From a virus (taxonomy: Duplodnaviria; Caudoviricetes), in the IMG/VR virus record IMGVR_UViG_3300031454_000254, positions 1 to 26,234 of that record: a stretch of DNA of 26,234 nt; one strand, written 5' to 3'. The notes beneath the pieces were generated by a model. It saw nothing but the letters and a program-made list of their open reading frames with translations, was not told the origin of the DNA and did no database searches. The position numbers were made by a program, and so were the translations under genes. This document shows positions 16,920 to 25,513 of the stretch, piece after piece. Positions within the stretch are counted from its first letter, which is position 1; every line of letters starts with the position of its first letter.

Positions 16920-18172
16920 TGGTCCTCACCTCCCTCCCTGTCACTCCTGTCACTGGTGTCACTCTCCCTGGTCAAGGGGGGTGTTTCGAGTGACAGGTGA
17001 CGGGAGGCGGTGTCACTCACCTCGTCGTGCGGGTCAGGTGGAGTGACAGGAGTGACAGGGGTGACAGGTGACAGGGGGACCATGTAGTGCCCGGCCCCGT
17101 CGGTGTCGAGCTGGCCGGCGTCGACCATGCGCCGACACGTCTGGCGTGCCGTGGCTTCCTTGATCCCGAGGCGCTCGGCCAACACCTTCGGGGTCAGTGC
17201 CTCCTCGTCGCGCAACAGGTGAAGGATGGCGCGGCGGGTGTCGCCGAGGTCGTAGTCGTCGGCTGGGCCGTCGAGCATGGTCCACACGCCACCCGTGAGG
17301 GACAGGGGGATCTTGGCTTCGTCCACGTCCCGGCCGGTGATGTTGAGCGTGGCGTCGGCGCTCCCCCGGCTGCGGGAGAGGACGGCGATGGTGTCGGCGG
17401 CTGCGGCGAGCCCGTTCGTCCCGCTCACGGTGTCGAGGAAGTCTTCCGACGCGGCCTTGCGGGTGTGGTGGACGACGACGATCGCGCAGTCGTGGTCGTC
17501 GGCCAGGTCCTTGAGCTTCACCATCGCCCGGTAGTCGGCGGCGTACGCGTTCTCCCGTTCGCTGACGGTCCCTCGGATGCGGGCGAGGACGTCGACGGCG
17601 ACGAGACGGCACGACGGGTGCGCGTCGAGCCACTGGTCGAGCTGGTCGGCGCCACCCTCAGGGAACACGGGCCAGTCGGTGGCGAACGTGAGCCCGGCGG
17701 GGGGAGGGTCCCCTTCGAGGACGATCCCGAGACGGCTCTGCAAGCGTCGCGGGGTGTCCTCCAGCGCCAGGTAGAGGGCTTCCCCCTGCTCGACCTTCAC
17801 CTTGCCGAGGGCTCGGCCGCCGGAGCTGACGGCGACGGTGAGGGCGAGCGCGAGCCAGGATTTGCCGAGCTTGGGTGCCCCGGCGAGGAGGGTGAGCCCG
17901 GAGACGATCACACCGGGTACTGCCCAGCGCGGCTCGGCGAAGGTGGCGGCCATGAGGTCGACCGCGGACCACGCCGAGGGGACCGCGGTCCCCTGGTGCA
18001 GATCTGCGCCAGGGTCCGATACGAGCGCGGGACGAGGCGGGGAAGCCTGTGGCACGATTGCCACAAGCTTGGCGGCGCGCTTCGCGTCGGCGGCGCGGCG
18101 TTGGGTCTCGGCTCGCTGCTCCGCGGTGCGTAGCGAGCCGAGGGCGGGGTACGCGAGGGGTTCAGCCGACAC
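16916..18172 (-). CDS. AAA_25/RepA-type helicase with C-terminal winged HTH
   Basis: GTG 18172 with GGAG RBS; Walker A GAPKLGKS, YLALED, VAVD, VVHHTRK, SGTNG, ITGRD. Confidence 0.88.
   Translation of the reverse strand: MSAEPLAYPALGSLRTAEQRAETQRRAADAKRAAKLVAIVPQASPPRPALVSDPGADLHQGTAVPSAWSAVDLMAATFAEPRWAVPGVIVSGLTLLAGAPKLGKSWLALALTVAVSSGGRALGKVKVEQGEALYLALEDTPRRLQSRLGIVLEGDPPPAGLTFATDWPVFPEGGADQLDQWLDAHPSCRLVAVDVLARIRGTVSERENAYAADYRAMVKLKDLADDHDCAIVVVHHTRKAASEDFLDTVSGTNGLAAAADTIAVLSRSRGSADATLNITGRDVDEAKIPLSLTGGVWTMLDGPADDYDLGDTRRAILHLLRDEEALTPKVLAERLGIKEATARQTCRRMVDAGQLDTDGAGHYMVPLSPVTPVTPVTPPDPHDEVSDTASRHLSLETPPLTRESDTSDRSDREGGEDQ
16939..17073. repeat. TGTCAC/GTGACA iteron cluster, putative origin of element 2
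   Basis: TGTCACT at 16939, 16948, 16957 (9-bp period) and 17011; (A/G)GTGACA at 16989, 17042, 17051, 17060, 17067. Confidence 0.8.
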
Positions 18173-18479
18173 GCTCCACCTCCGTGATCCGGTAGGCGCG
18201 CGCGAGGTAGTCGGCGTCTTCGAGCACGATTCGTTCGAGGTAGTAGCGGGTCCACGTCTGGTCGCAGCGTCGGCACCGCCAACGGAGGTCGTCGACCAGT
18301 TCGGCGGTCCCCCCGTTGCAGTCGAGGCGGCGGCACTGGGGGCACCGGAAGCGGACGCCGGCCTCGTCGTCGAGGAAGGCGAACACGTGGTCGCCGGCCA
18401 CGGCCTCGGCGAGGGTGATCGTCGGTAGGTCGCGGACAAGCGCGGCGGGGTCGCCGAAAGACACGGGGGCGGCGTTCAC
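18162..18479 (-). CDS. zinc-ribbon hypothetical protein
   Basis: CPQC..CRRC; coupled to neighbours; no counterpart in element 1. Confidence 0.7.
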   Translation of the reverse strand: MNAAPVSFGDPAALVRDLPTITLAEAVAGDHVFAFLDDEAGVRFRCPQCRRLDCNGGTAELVDDLRWRCRRCDQTWTRYYLERIVLEDADYLARAYRITEVERVG

Positions 18480-18607
18480 GCTGCCTCCCGTTGCGATCGT
18501 GCTGGGCTTAGCAGGGCGGCGAGGCGGTCGACCTGCTCAGTGGTGAGCGGCGGCGCTTCGGCGACGAGATGGGCGACGTGATCGTCGATGGACGTGGACT
18601 TCGGCAT
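18476..18607 (-). CDS. 43-aa putative recombination directionality factor (phiRv1 Rv1584c-like)
   Basis: MPKSTSIDDHVAHLVAEAPPLTTEQVDRLAALLSPARSQREAA; APPLTxEQxxRLAxLL motif as recalled for the phiRv1 RDF; GAGG RBS. Confidence 0.72.
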   Translation of the reverse strand: MPKSTSIDDHVAHLVAEAPPLTTEQVDRLAALLSPARSQREAA

Positions 18608-18687
18608 GGCCGGACCTCGAAAGGTCGCCGGCGCCCAACCGGATCGTTTCGGCCCCTCTCGGCCGTGGACTCTCCCGCGAGGAGCAG

Positions 18688-19542
18688 CTACTCCGAAGCG
18701 GTCCAATCGATGGTACCCAACATGCGGGCCGAGCAGTTGTATCCCAGCGGGGTCTTCTTCTTCCGAGCCTCCTTCACCATCTGGCGCATCGTCGGGTAGT
18801 CGATGGCGGCGTTGAAGTGTCGGGGGCACCCGAGGACGAGCCACGGCGGGAAGCCGTCACCGGGCTTCGGATCGTTGAGGTTCACGATCGACGGGAGGAG
18901 CCGCACACTCCCGTTGTCGAGCATCTCGACCCACGCGAGCTCCATCTGCACCATGTTCTCGGCGATAGCGTCTCCCATCTCACGGAGCCGCATCGCTGTG
19001 TCGAGGTGGGTGGCGATCGCCTCCTTGAACGGCAGCATCTGCCCGGAGAGGTAGTAGCCGCGAGGGGTGTGCCAGACACGGCCGATTTCCTCCCAGCAGA
19101 GCCCGGCCGTGTTCGGCGATGAGCAGAACACCTTCACGTCAGGTTCCCGATCGCCGATCTGTTCCACCATCCAACCGTCGAGCCGGGCACGTCCCGCCAC
19201 CGGGTTCTCGTTCGCAAAGCGGTTCCTCTTCTTCTCCATCGCCGCATGGCGTTCGTCCTCCTCTCGTTCGAGGAGGTAGTCGTAGAAGTCGGCGTCAGGC
19301 TTCACGATCGGTGGCCGGTCGTCCACCGGGAGGTATGGGCCGGCGTCCACAAACCTGTAGTAGGCCGGCCCGCCGTCCGGGCCGACGTAGCAGTTGTACG
19401 TGCCGAAGCGCTCGCCGAGCCGGATGTAGCGCGGGTCCTGCATCATCTCCACGTCGGCGCCCAGGTCCCGGCTCAACATCTCCGTGCGGTGCCTACGGGC
19501 GGGCTGGTCCCACCCGAACTCATCTACGTCGTCCACGGTCAC
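18688..19542 (-). CDS. hypothetical protein coupled to integrase
   Basis: 284 aa from GTG 19542 overlapping integrase TGA; C..C..CPRH in the C-terminal half. Confidence 0.65.
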   Translation of the reverse strand: MTVDDVDEFGWDQPARRHRTEMLSRDLGADVEMMQDPRYIRLGERFGTYNCYVGPDGGPAYYRFVDAGPYLPVDDRPPIVKPDADFYDYLLEREEDERHAAMEKKRNRFANENPVAGRARLDGWMVEQIGDREPDVKVFCSSPNTAGLCWEEIGRVWHTPRGYYLSGQMLPFKEAIATHLDTAMRLREMGDAIAENMVQMELAWVEMLDNGSVRLLPSIVNLNDPKPGDGFPPWLVLGCPRHFNAAIDYPTMRQMVKEARKKKTPLGYNCSARMLGTIDWTASE

Positions 19543-20954
19543 TGCCTCCAGTCGATGGTGATTCGTTCGGGGTCGAACTTGTTGCCGGCGCGCGTGGTGG
19601 GAGCAATGCGAATTCGGGTCACCACGGTCGCAATGATGGCGCGGCGGCCTTCGAGGTCGAGGTCGTCCCACCTGTCGCGAATGTTGCTCAGGTCCGGCGT
19701 CGCGTGAGTCGTCTGGGTCTGCTCCACCACCTGTGCCTGTAGGCGTTGGAGGTCGTTGTCGAGGACGCCACGAGCCGCACGCCACTCTGCCGCGTCTATC
19801 TCCCGGTGGGCGAACATCTCTGCCATCTCGGTGCGGCGAGACTCCACGGCGGCGATCTCGTCGACTGGTGTTTCCGTTGCGGCGTTCCGGCGCTTGCGTT
19901 CGATCGCCTCGGCGAGCTCAGGTATGTCGATCAACCTGAGGACGGCCTCGGTGACGACTGCATCGAGTTGGGGCGCGTTGATTCCGCATCGTCCGCAACC
20001 GCCCCGATCGACGGAGCACACGTAGCGCTCATAGCGGTGACCCCGGTTGTGGCTGGGGCGGGTGGTCATTCGGACCTCGCAGCGGCCGCAGTAGAGGAAC
20101 CCGGATAGCAGGTACTTCCTTGCCGTGATCCCAGCAGCACGGTTCCGGCGCTGGTCTTTGAGGAGCGCTCGCAGGCGGACGGTCTGCTCGGGCGTGATGA
20201 TGGCGGGCCACACGGCGGTACTAACGATCCGCCCGTGGTGCTCGCGCTGCCCGGAGATGCGCCCGGACATGAGCAACCGCTTGACGGTGGTGGTCGACCA
20301 GTGTGCGCCGGTGACGGTCCGCACCCCCCGCTCGGCCCACTCGTTCACGATCGACCGCAGGGACTGCCCAGCGAGGACGCGGGCGGCGGCGTCCCGGATG
20401 AGCTCAGCCTCGTCCTCTCGGACGGTCACCCGGTCGCTCTCGAAGCCGAACGGTCGGCGTCCACCTCCTGGCACCTGACCAGTCTCGGCCAGCTCCACGT
20501 GCTTCCGGCGGATCCGCTCCGCCTTGTGCTCGGACTCGTGCCGGGCAACAGCGCCGTGAATGCGGGCCGTCATGCGGCCGGCGGGGGTGGCGAGGTCGAG
20601 GTCGCCTGCGGTGACCGTGGCGACCTCGGCGTGAGCCCGCTCGATGGTGTCGATGAAGTCCTCCAGCTCGCGCGGGGAGCGGTGCAGTCTGTCGGGATGC
20701 CAGGCGACCACGGCTTCGACCGTCCCGTCGCCGAGTGCGTCGAGGAGGGCGAGGTACCCGGGTCGGCGCTTCCCCCGGTACGCGCTCATGTCATTGTCGG
20801 CGTACACGGCGCCGACTTCCCAGCCGAGGCGCTTGCACAAGGCGCGAGCGTCCTGCTCCTGACGGGTGACGCCGAGCCCGGCGCCCCCTCGGTCCTGGCT
20901 TATGCGGACGTAGACGGCGGCTCGACGGGCGGTTGCAGTGGCGGTCGAAGTCAT
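19539..20954 (-). CDS. large serine recombinase (integrase of element 2)
   Basis: YVRIS, DNDMSA, DRLHR, PFGF, zinc ribbon CGRC..C..C. Confidence 0.96.
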   Translation of the reverse strand: MTSTATATARRAAVYVRISQDRGGAGLGVTRQEQDARALCKRLGWEVGAVYADNDMSAYRGKRRPGYLALLDALGDGTVEAVVAWHPDRLHRSPRELEDFIDTIERAHAEVATVTAGDLDLATPAGRMTARIHGAVARHESEHKAERIRRKHVELAETGQVPGGGRRPFGFESDRVTVREDEAELIRDAAARVLAGQSLRSIVNEWAERGVRTVTGAHWSTTTVKRLLMSGRISGQREHHGRIVSTAVWPAIITPEQTVRLRALLKDQRRNRAAGITARKYLLSGFLYCGRCEVRMTTRPSHNRGHRYERYVCSVDRGGCGRCGINAPQLDAVVTEAVLRLIDIPELAEAIERKRRNAATETPVDEIAAVESRRTEMAEMFAHREIDAAEWRAARGVLDNDLQRLQAQVVEQTQTTHATPDLSNIRDRWDDLDLEGRRAIIATVVTRIRIAPTTRAGNKFDPERITIDWRQ

Positions 20955-20966
20955 GCATGCACTCTA
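20955..20966 (-). promoter_or_regulatory. putative leaderless integrase -10 element inside the attP arm
   Basis: TAGAGT (20966-20961), 6 nt before ATG 20954. Confidence 0.5.
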
Positions 20967-20979
20967 ACCGACGTTCGTT

Positions 20980-20990
20980 CTCCCGAACGT
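20980..20990 (+). repeat. right att site core of element 2
   Basis: CTCCCGAACGT direct repeat. Confidence 0.92.
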
Positions 20991-21114
20991 GGCGTCGATG
21001 CAGACCCGTCCGGCCCGCTCCGACCGGCACGCCATCGACCTGCGCCACCTCGTCGCCGGCTTCTTGCGCATGGCGCCCGACGTCGCCATCGTCGGCGAGG
21101 TCCGGGACCGAGAG
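20980..21114 (+). pseudogene. cpaF: second internal fragment of CpaF/TadA (Walker B region), truncated again
   Basis: LPNVASMQTRP..IDLRHLV..LRMAPDVAIVGEVRDRE; the His-box region (TxHA) does not follow. Confidence 0.9.
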
Positions 21115-21499
21115 GGACTACCCCGCGATCGTTACCCACGGTGCGAGCCTGTGACCAGGGCGAACGCACCCGACGACGTCGATCTCCCGCATACCCCGGC
21201 GTTCGTGGGACTCCTCGATTCTCGACTGCGCGGCCCGTTCCAGGTCACCGCTGCGTGCCCGTGCGTACCGAGCAGATCGGCAGTTCCGGGCGCGGCTCAA
21301 GTAGCGGCCCGGTGGGTCGCGATCCGCCGCGGCGGTCTGCGACTCCAGAACGACACGTCGGTTGGCACGGGGATCCTCTCGTGCGTAGCGGCGGTCGATG
21401 CTGGGCACGTCGGCGTTCAGGATCGTGTTCCCAATGCTGTCGTCAGCCGGCAGAGCGTGGTGCCACGATGGCCTCGATGATGACCCCGTGGGTTGCACG

Positions 21500-22222
21500 A
21501 TGACGGTGCGACTCGTCGCGCTCGCGTTCGACGCCTTGGAGCCAGTGGAACTCGCACGATTCTGGGCGCACTCCCTGCGCTGGCAGATCCGAGAGGCCGA
21601 CGAGTTGCGCGTCGAGCTCGTGCCGACGGACGACACCAGCTTCGACCTCCTGTTCCGGCCGGTTGCACACGCGAAGGTGGGCCGCAACCGGATCCACTTC
21701 GATCTCACGACCACGTCGCTCGATGACCAGAGCGACACGGTGGCAGAGCTCTTGGCGGTCGGTGCGAGACACATCGACATCGGTCAAGACCCCGACGACG
21801 CCCATGTCGTGCTCGCCGATCCCGAGGGCAACGAGTTCTGCATCATTGAGCCTGAGAACCGCTTCCTCGCGAGCTGTCCTCGCCTTGGGGCGATCAACTG
21901 CGACGGCACGCGGGCCCTCGGGTGCTTCTTCGCCGAAGCACTCGGATGGCCGTTGGTCTGGGATCAGGAGGAGGAGACGGCGATCCAGGCACCGGATGGC
22001 ACGGGTCCGAAGATCACCTGGAGCGGTCCTCCGCTCATGCCGATGTCCGGTGAGGAGCGGTTCCACTTCCACATCGCCCCGACGCCCGGATCCAGCATCC
22101 AGGCCGCGCTCGATCACCTTCTCGGGCTCGGAGCGACGCTCCTCGACATCGGTCGCGCCTGCCACGGCGCGATCGTGCTCGCTGATGTCGACGGCAACGA
22201 GCTCTGCCTCGTCGAGCCATAG
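21500..22222 (+). CDS. two-domain VOC/glyoxalase-like protein
   Basis: LARFW..L.W, NRIHFDL, VLADPEGNEFC, second domain ending LADVDGNELC. Confidence 0.9.
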   Translation: MTVRLVALAFDALEPVELARFWAHSLRWQIREADELRVELVPTDDTSFDLLFRPVAHAKVGRNRIHFDLTTTSLDDQSDTVAELLAVGARHIDIGQDPDDAHVVLADPEGNEFCIIEPENRFLASCPRLGAINCDGTRALGCFFAEALGWPLVWDQEEETAIQAPDGTGPKITWSGPPLMPMSGEERFHFHIAPTPGSSIQAALDHLLGLGATLLDIGRACHGAIVLADVDGNELCLVEP

Positions 22223-22299
22223 CGTGCCTACCCTTCGGGTCGTGGCATGCGGGCTTGCCGAGGCAAGATCCAAGTCAACCGAACGTGCAGCAGGCCCCG

Positions 22300-23610
22300 T
22301 CAGCCGTTGCTGTACACCGCGCCGCCAAGCACTGGTCCCGAATCTTGCCACCCGCCCCACGCGATGAGCTCGGATCCGGTCCACACAAGTTGTACGCCCG
22401 ACCCGATCGCGCCGTCGCGCATCGTGGGCAAGCCGACCCACTGATCGTCGCTTACGACGTACGCGTGAACGGCAGGCCCGCCGTCCGATCCGCCCGTCGA
22501 CGACGTGATCAGGAAGACGACGCCGTCCCCGCTCGAGGTCGGGGAACTCCATGCCGATCCGCCGGACGGCGCCGCAGCTGTGCGCCGCCACTCCGTGGTC
22601 GCGATGTCGAACGCAACACCATGCTCGGGTTCGCATCCACCAGACCACGTGAAGATGGTTGATCCCGGGGCCTCTCCGATACCGGCCGGTCCGCCGGTCA
22701 TCGAGCACCGGGAGTCGGGGAAGTTGGGCGGAGGGGGCAGTTCTCGCCACTCGTCGCTCGCAGCATCGTACTGGCCGAGCCGCTGTCCACGGAAGACGTA
22801 GAGCGAGTCTCCGACGGTCAGCGTCACTTCGCTGCCGCCATCGCCGCTCCACGGCGCCGGCACATCGCCCAGCTCGGACCACGAGTTCGTGACCGGGTCG
22901 TAGCTCGCCGCTGTGGGATCGTGGATCACGCTGTCGATGGGACAGCACTGCGTGACGCCGCCCCACACCAGCATCGCTTCGTTCACCATGTCCGCTACGG
23001 CTCCGCTCCTTGCCTGCAGTGGCCCGGGCGCGATGAGCCGCCACGAGTCGGTGTTCGGGTTGTAGGCAGCACCGTCAGCAAAGAACTCGTTACCGCCTTC
23101 AGGTGAGGCGCCACCCCAGTAGACGACCTCGGTCCCCGTCCAAACGGCTGCCATCCTCTGCCGGTCGCTGATCGGCGCCGGGGGCAACGATCTCCACGTC
23201 CTGTCCGCTGGCCGGAACGCGGCGGAGGGAGTCCCCCACACGACGAACTCCTCGCCTGTCCAGACCCCCGACGACCGGCCCGTGACACCTTCGGGTGGCG
23301 CCGGAATCTCGTCCCAGTCACCCTTCGACCAGTCGACGGCACCCGTTGGGTCGGGCTCCGCCGTGGTCGCCGGGGTCACAGACGTGCCGTCGGCTGTGTC
23401 CACTTTCGTGGAGGAGTCACCTCCGAGCGCTGCCCAGGCGCCGCCGGCCACGGTCACCGCTGAGACCGCTGCGGCAGCGGCGAGCATGCGCCGCCGGTTC
23501 ACGTGTCGCCCAGGGCGACGCCCCGGGGGGCGTGCGACGTCCCGGATCGGGATCGGGTCGTCGATGTCTTCCACCCAGGACCGGATCTGCGCTTCGAGAT
23601 CGTCGGTCAC
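22300..23610 (-). CDS. membrane-anchored Kelch/beta-propeller protein, probable anti-sigma factor
   Basis: short cytoplasmic N-terminus, RRR plus TM helix, repeated VWTGxExxxWGG / AAYxPxTxSW blades; GTGA overlap with sigma gene. Confidence 0.82.
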   Translation of the reverse strand: MTDDLEAQIRSWVEDIDDPIPIRDVARPPGRRPGRHVNRRRMLAAAAAVSAVTVAGGAWAALGGDSSTKVDTADGTSVTPATTAEPDPTGAVDWSKGDWDEIPAPPEGVTGRSSGVWTGEEFVVWGTPSAAFRPADRTWRSLPPAPISDRQRMAAVWTGTEVVYWGGASPEGGNEFFADGAAYNPNTDSWRLIAPGPLQARSGAVADMVNEAMLVWGGVTQCCPIDSVIHDPTAASYDPVTNSWSELGDVPAPWSGDGGSEVTLTVGDSLYVFRGQRLGQYDAASDEWRELPPPPNFPDSRCSMTGGPAGIGEAPGSTIFTWSGGCEPEHGVAFDIATTEWRRTAAAPSGGSAWSSPTSSGDGVVFLITSSTGGSDGGPAVHAYVVSDDQWVGLPTMRDGAIGSGVQLVWTGSELIAWGGWQDSGPVLGGAVYSNG

Positions 23611-24080
23611 AGCGTTACCCCCAACCGTTGACGCAGTGTGGTCATGCCGCGCTCGACATGGCTTTGCACTGTGGACTTCGTGACCCCGAGAAGATCGGCG
23701 GTCTCGGCGAAGGACCAGCCGTACCCGTGGACCAGGACGACCGCTGTCCGTTGCTTCGTCGGCAGGCCGGCCAGTGCAACAGGAAGACCCGGCTCACACC
23801 GTGTCTCCGCTGCGCTGACGGGCGCCCGGAGCCAGCCTTCGCGCCTGCGACGCGTCTGGGACTGTCCCACCCGGTACAGGTAGCCGACCTTGTTCTCCAT
23901 TGACCGCACTTGGTCCCAGTTCTCCCACGCCCAGGCGAGAGCAGCCGCGGCCGCCTCGCGTCCGGCTTCCGGCCCGTACCTCGCGACGAGAGCGGCGCGG
24001 ACCCGAGGCTCCACGGCCTCGTACCAGTCCTCGAACTCGTCTGCCGTCTCCGCCACCGGCCGCACCTCGCTCGCGAGCAT
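23607..24080 (-). CDS. ECF RNA polymerase sigma factor
   Basis: FEDWY..AAAAALAWAWENW..GYLYRVG; region 4 LPTKQRTAVVLVHGYGWSFAETADLLGVTKSTVQSHVERG. Confidence 0.9.
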   Translation of the reverse strand: MLASEVRPVAETADEFEDWYEAVEPRVRAALVARYGPEAGREAAAAALAWAWENWDQVRSMENKVGYLYRVGQSQTRRRREGWLRAPVSAAETRCEPGLPVALAGLPTKQRTAVVLVHGYGWSFAETADLLGVTKSTVQSHVERGMTTLRQRLGVTL

Positions 24081-24299
24081 CACCCGTACAGACCGCCGGC
24101 CGCACCATTCGTACGACACCGAGGCGCGACCGCTCGGGAAGCGTGGAGATGCCGGTCGGAGCCGGACTGTGCCGCCAAAGCGGAGGGCACACCGGCTCGT
24201 GCGGGTTTCTGGCGAGCCCAACGGATGATCGGCGCGCCCTCGATCCACGTCGATAGACCATGAGCGGCCGCCAGCTACCGGCACATCTCCCGCGGCGAA

Positions 24300-24936
24300 A
24301 CCAGTAGGCAGCGGTGAGCGCGGTGGCGATCGCCTGGGTATCTGCGGCTGGTGCCTGAGCCGTTCGATGCGTTCAGCAATCACGGCTTCGCCACGTTCAT
24401 GGAGGCGCTCCTCGACGGAGTCGACGGACTCGAACGATGCCGGGGCTTCGTCGATGACATCGAGACGCATGCGACCTTCGGACGCGATTCGCTCCACCGT
24501 GATGAACATGCCGGCAAGTGGATGGCCGTGCACCCCGTTCGCAGACATCACGATCATCGAGTCCCACGCCTCCCGACGGGCACGCCTCGGACCACGCGCC
24601 TGCTCAACCGTCAACGCAGCGGCGTCGGGAACACTGCGCCGGCCAGCGCGGCGTTGAACTCTTCGTCTGGTGAAAGGAGGACCCGCTCGTCGTGTTCTTG
24701 GGCGATGGAAACCCGATCCAGACAGACAGGGCAGCGCCGGCGGCAACAAGTGGCTGCACACCGACAGCGGCGAGGAGGCCTGCCGTCGCAAGAGCGGCAA
24801 GCCCGGTGGCAGCCACCCGGTAGAGCGATGGCACGACCCGTTCCCAGAAGAAGAACCAGGCGTGCACAGGTCGAAGGACCACGGTCACAGCTCCCCGCAG
24901 CCTGCTGATCGAGCACCGGATACCATGAGAGTTCAT
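24300..24936 (-). pseudogene. possible frameshifted membrane-protein gene
   Basis: protein-like text passes through three frames (hydrophobic ..GLAALATAGLL.., then ..EHDERVLLSPDEEF.., then ..WDSMIVMSANG..); ends approximate. Confidence 0.35.
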
Positions 24937-25167
24937 GGGCGGACGCTCGAGCGATGACTGGCTCGGGTCCCCAGCGGCCGCCGCTCACCTCGGCCCAACC
25001 AGCGCACCCTCTACAAGCTGGTCGACCAAGGCGAGATCCGTGGCTACAAGATGGGGCGCGTCCACCGGTTCCGCCGCTCGGACCTTGAGGCGTACCTGGA
25101 GGCAAGCGTCATCCAGCCGGGGAACCTCAAGCACCTGCGCCCCGACACCTACCGGCCCGACGCCTGA
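24935..25167 (+). pseudogene. excisionase-family (HTH_17/MerR-like) DNA-binding protein with one frameshift near 24995
   Basis: DWLGSPAAAAHLG / NQRTLYKLVDQGEIRGYKMGRVHRFRRSDLEAYLE. Confidence 0.75.
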
Positions 25168-25463
25168 TCCAGCCGACACCTGAGCGCACGGATCTCGTCG
25201 ATCAGCTCTCGGATCACTCGTGCGCGCATCGTCGTCTCGCCGCCAAAGCCCTCGCCGCCGTATAGCGATGCAAGACGCTCCTCGGTGAGCTTCGACCGTT
25301 CCGGCACACCCCGAACGTACGTTTGCTTCGACGGACCCGCAAGCGGCTCGCACCACGCGCAGCGGCCCTCGCCGGGAACGAGGGACAGCCCGATGTACCA
25401 GGCGCGCTGCGGCGAGGTCGTGGAGCCGCTGACGAGGTAGGTCTCGATGTCGAGGCAGCGCAT
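25149..25463 (-). CDS. hypothetical protein
   Basis: 104 aa, GAGA RBS-like motif, coding-like third-position GC. Confidence 0.45.
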   Translation of the reverse strand: MRCLDIETYLVSGSTTSPQRAWYIGLSLVPGEGRCAWCEPLAGPSKQTYVRGVPERSKLTEERLASLYGGEGFGGETTMRARVIRELIDEIRALRCRLDQASGR

Positions 25464-25513
25464 GTCGGCGTTCTCTCACCGGAGGTCGCTGGTGCGGGCG
25501 GTGCTCACGACGG

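Larger units (their letters stand above)
10774..20990 (-). mobile_element. Element 2: complete 10,206-bp tail-less capsid-encoding phage satellite-like element inside cpaF
   Basis: 11-bp terminal direct repeat; removal restores ..DIPLPNVASMQTRP.. in frame; same gene order as element 1. Confidence 0.93.

Noticed and set aside
447-20990. Complete prophage, gene transfer agent or encapsulin locus
   Set aside because: No tail or lysis genes inside the defined att boundaries; integrase, helicase, TerL and portal do not fit a GTA or encapsulin
20989-21480. 163-aa ORF as a full CpaF C-terminus
   Set aside because: Similarity ends after ~42 codons; the remainder lacks the His box and looks non-coding
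474-23903. Numerous long antisense or alternate-frame ORFs (e.g. 824-1663+, 7248-8240+, 14586-15674+, 20235-21503+, 21443-23044-)
   Set aside because: Shadow ORFs typical of high-GC DNA, overlapping well-supported genes and lacking motifs
24081-24800. Long N-terminal extension of the ECF sigma factor (397-aa ORF)
   Set aside because: Sigma homology begins near 24080; the upstream part looks like in-frame read-through from a separate broken gene
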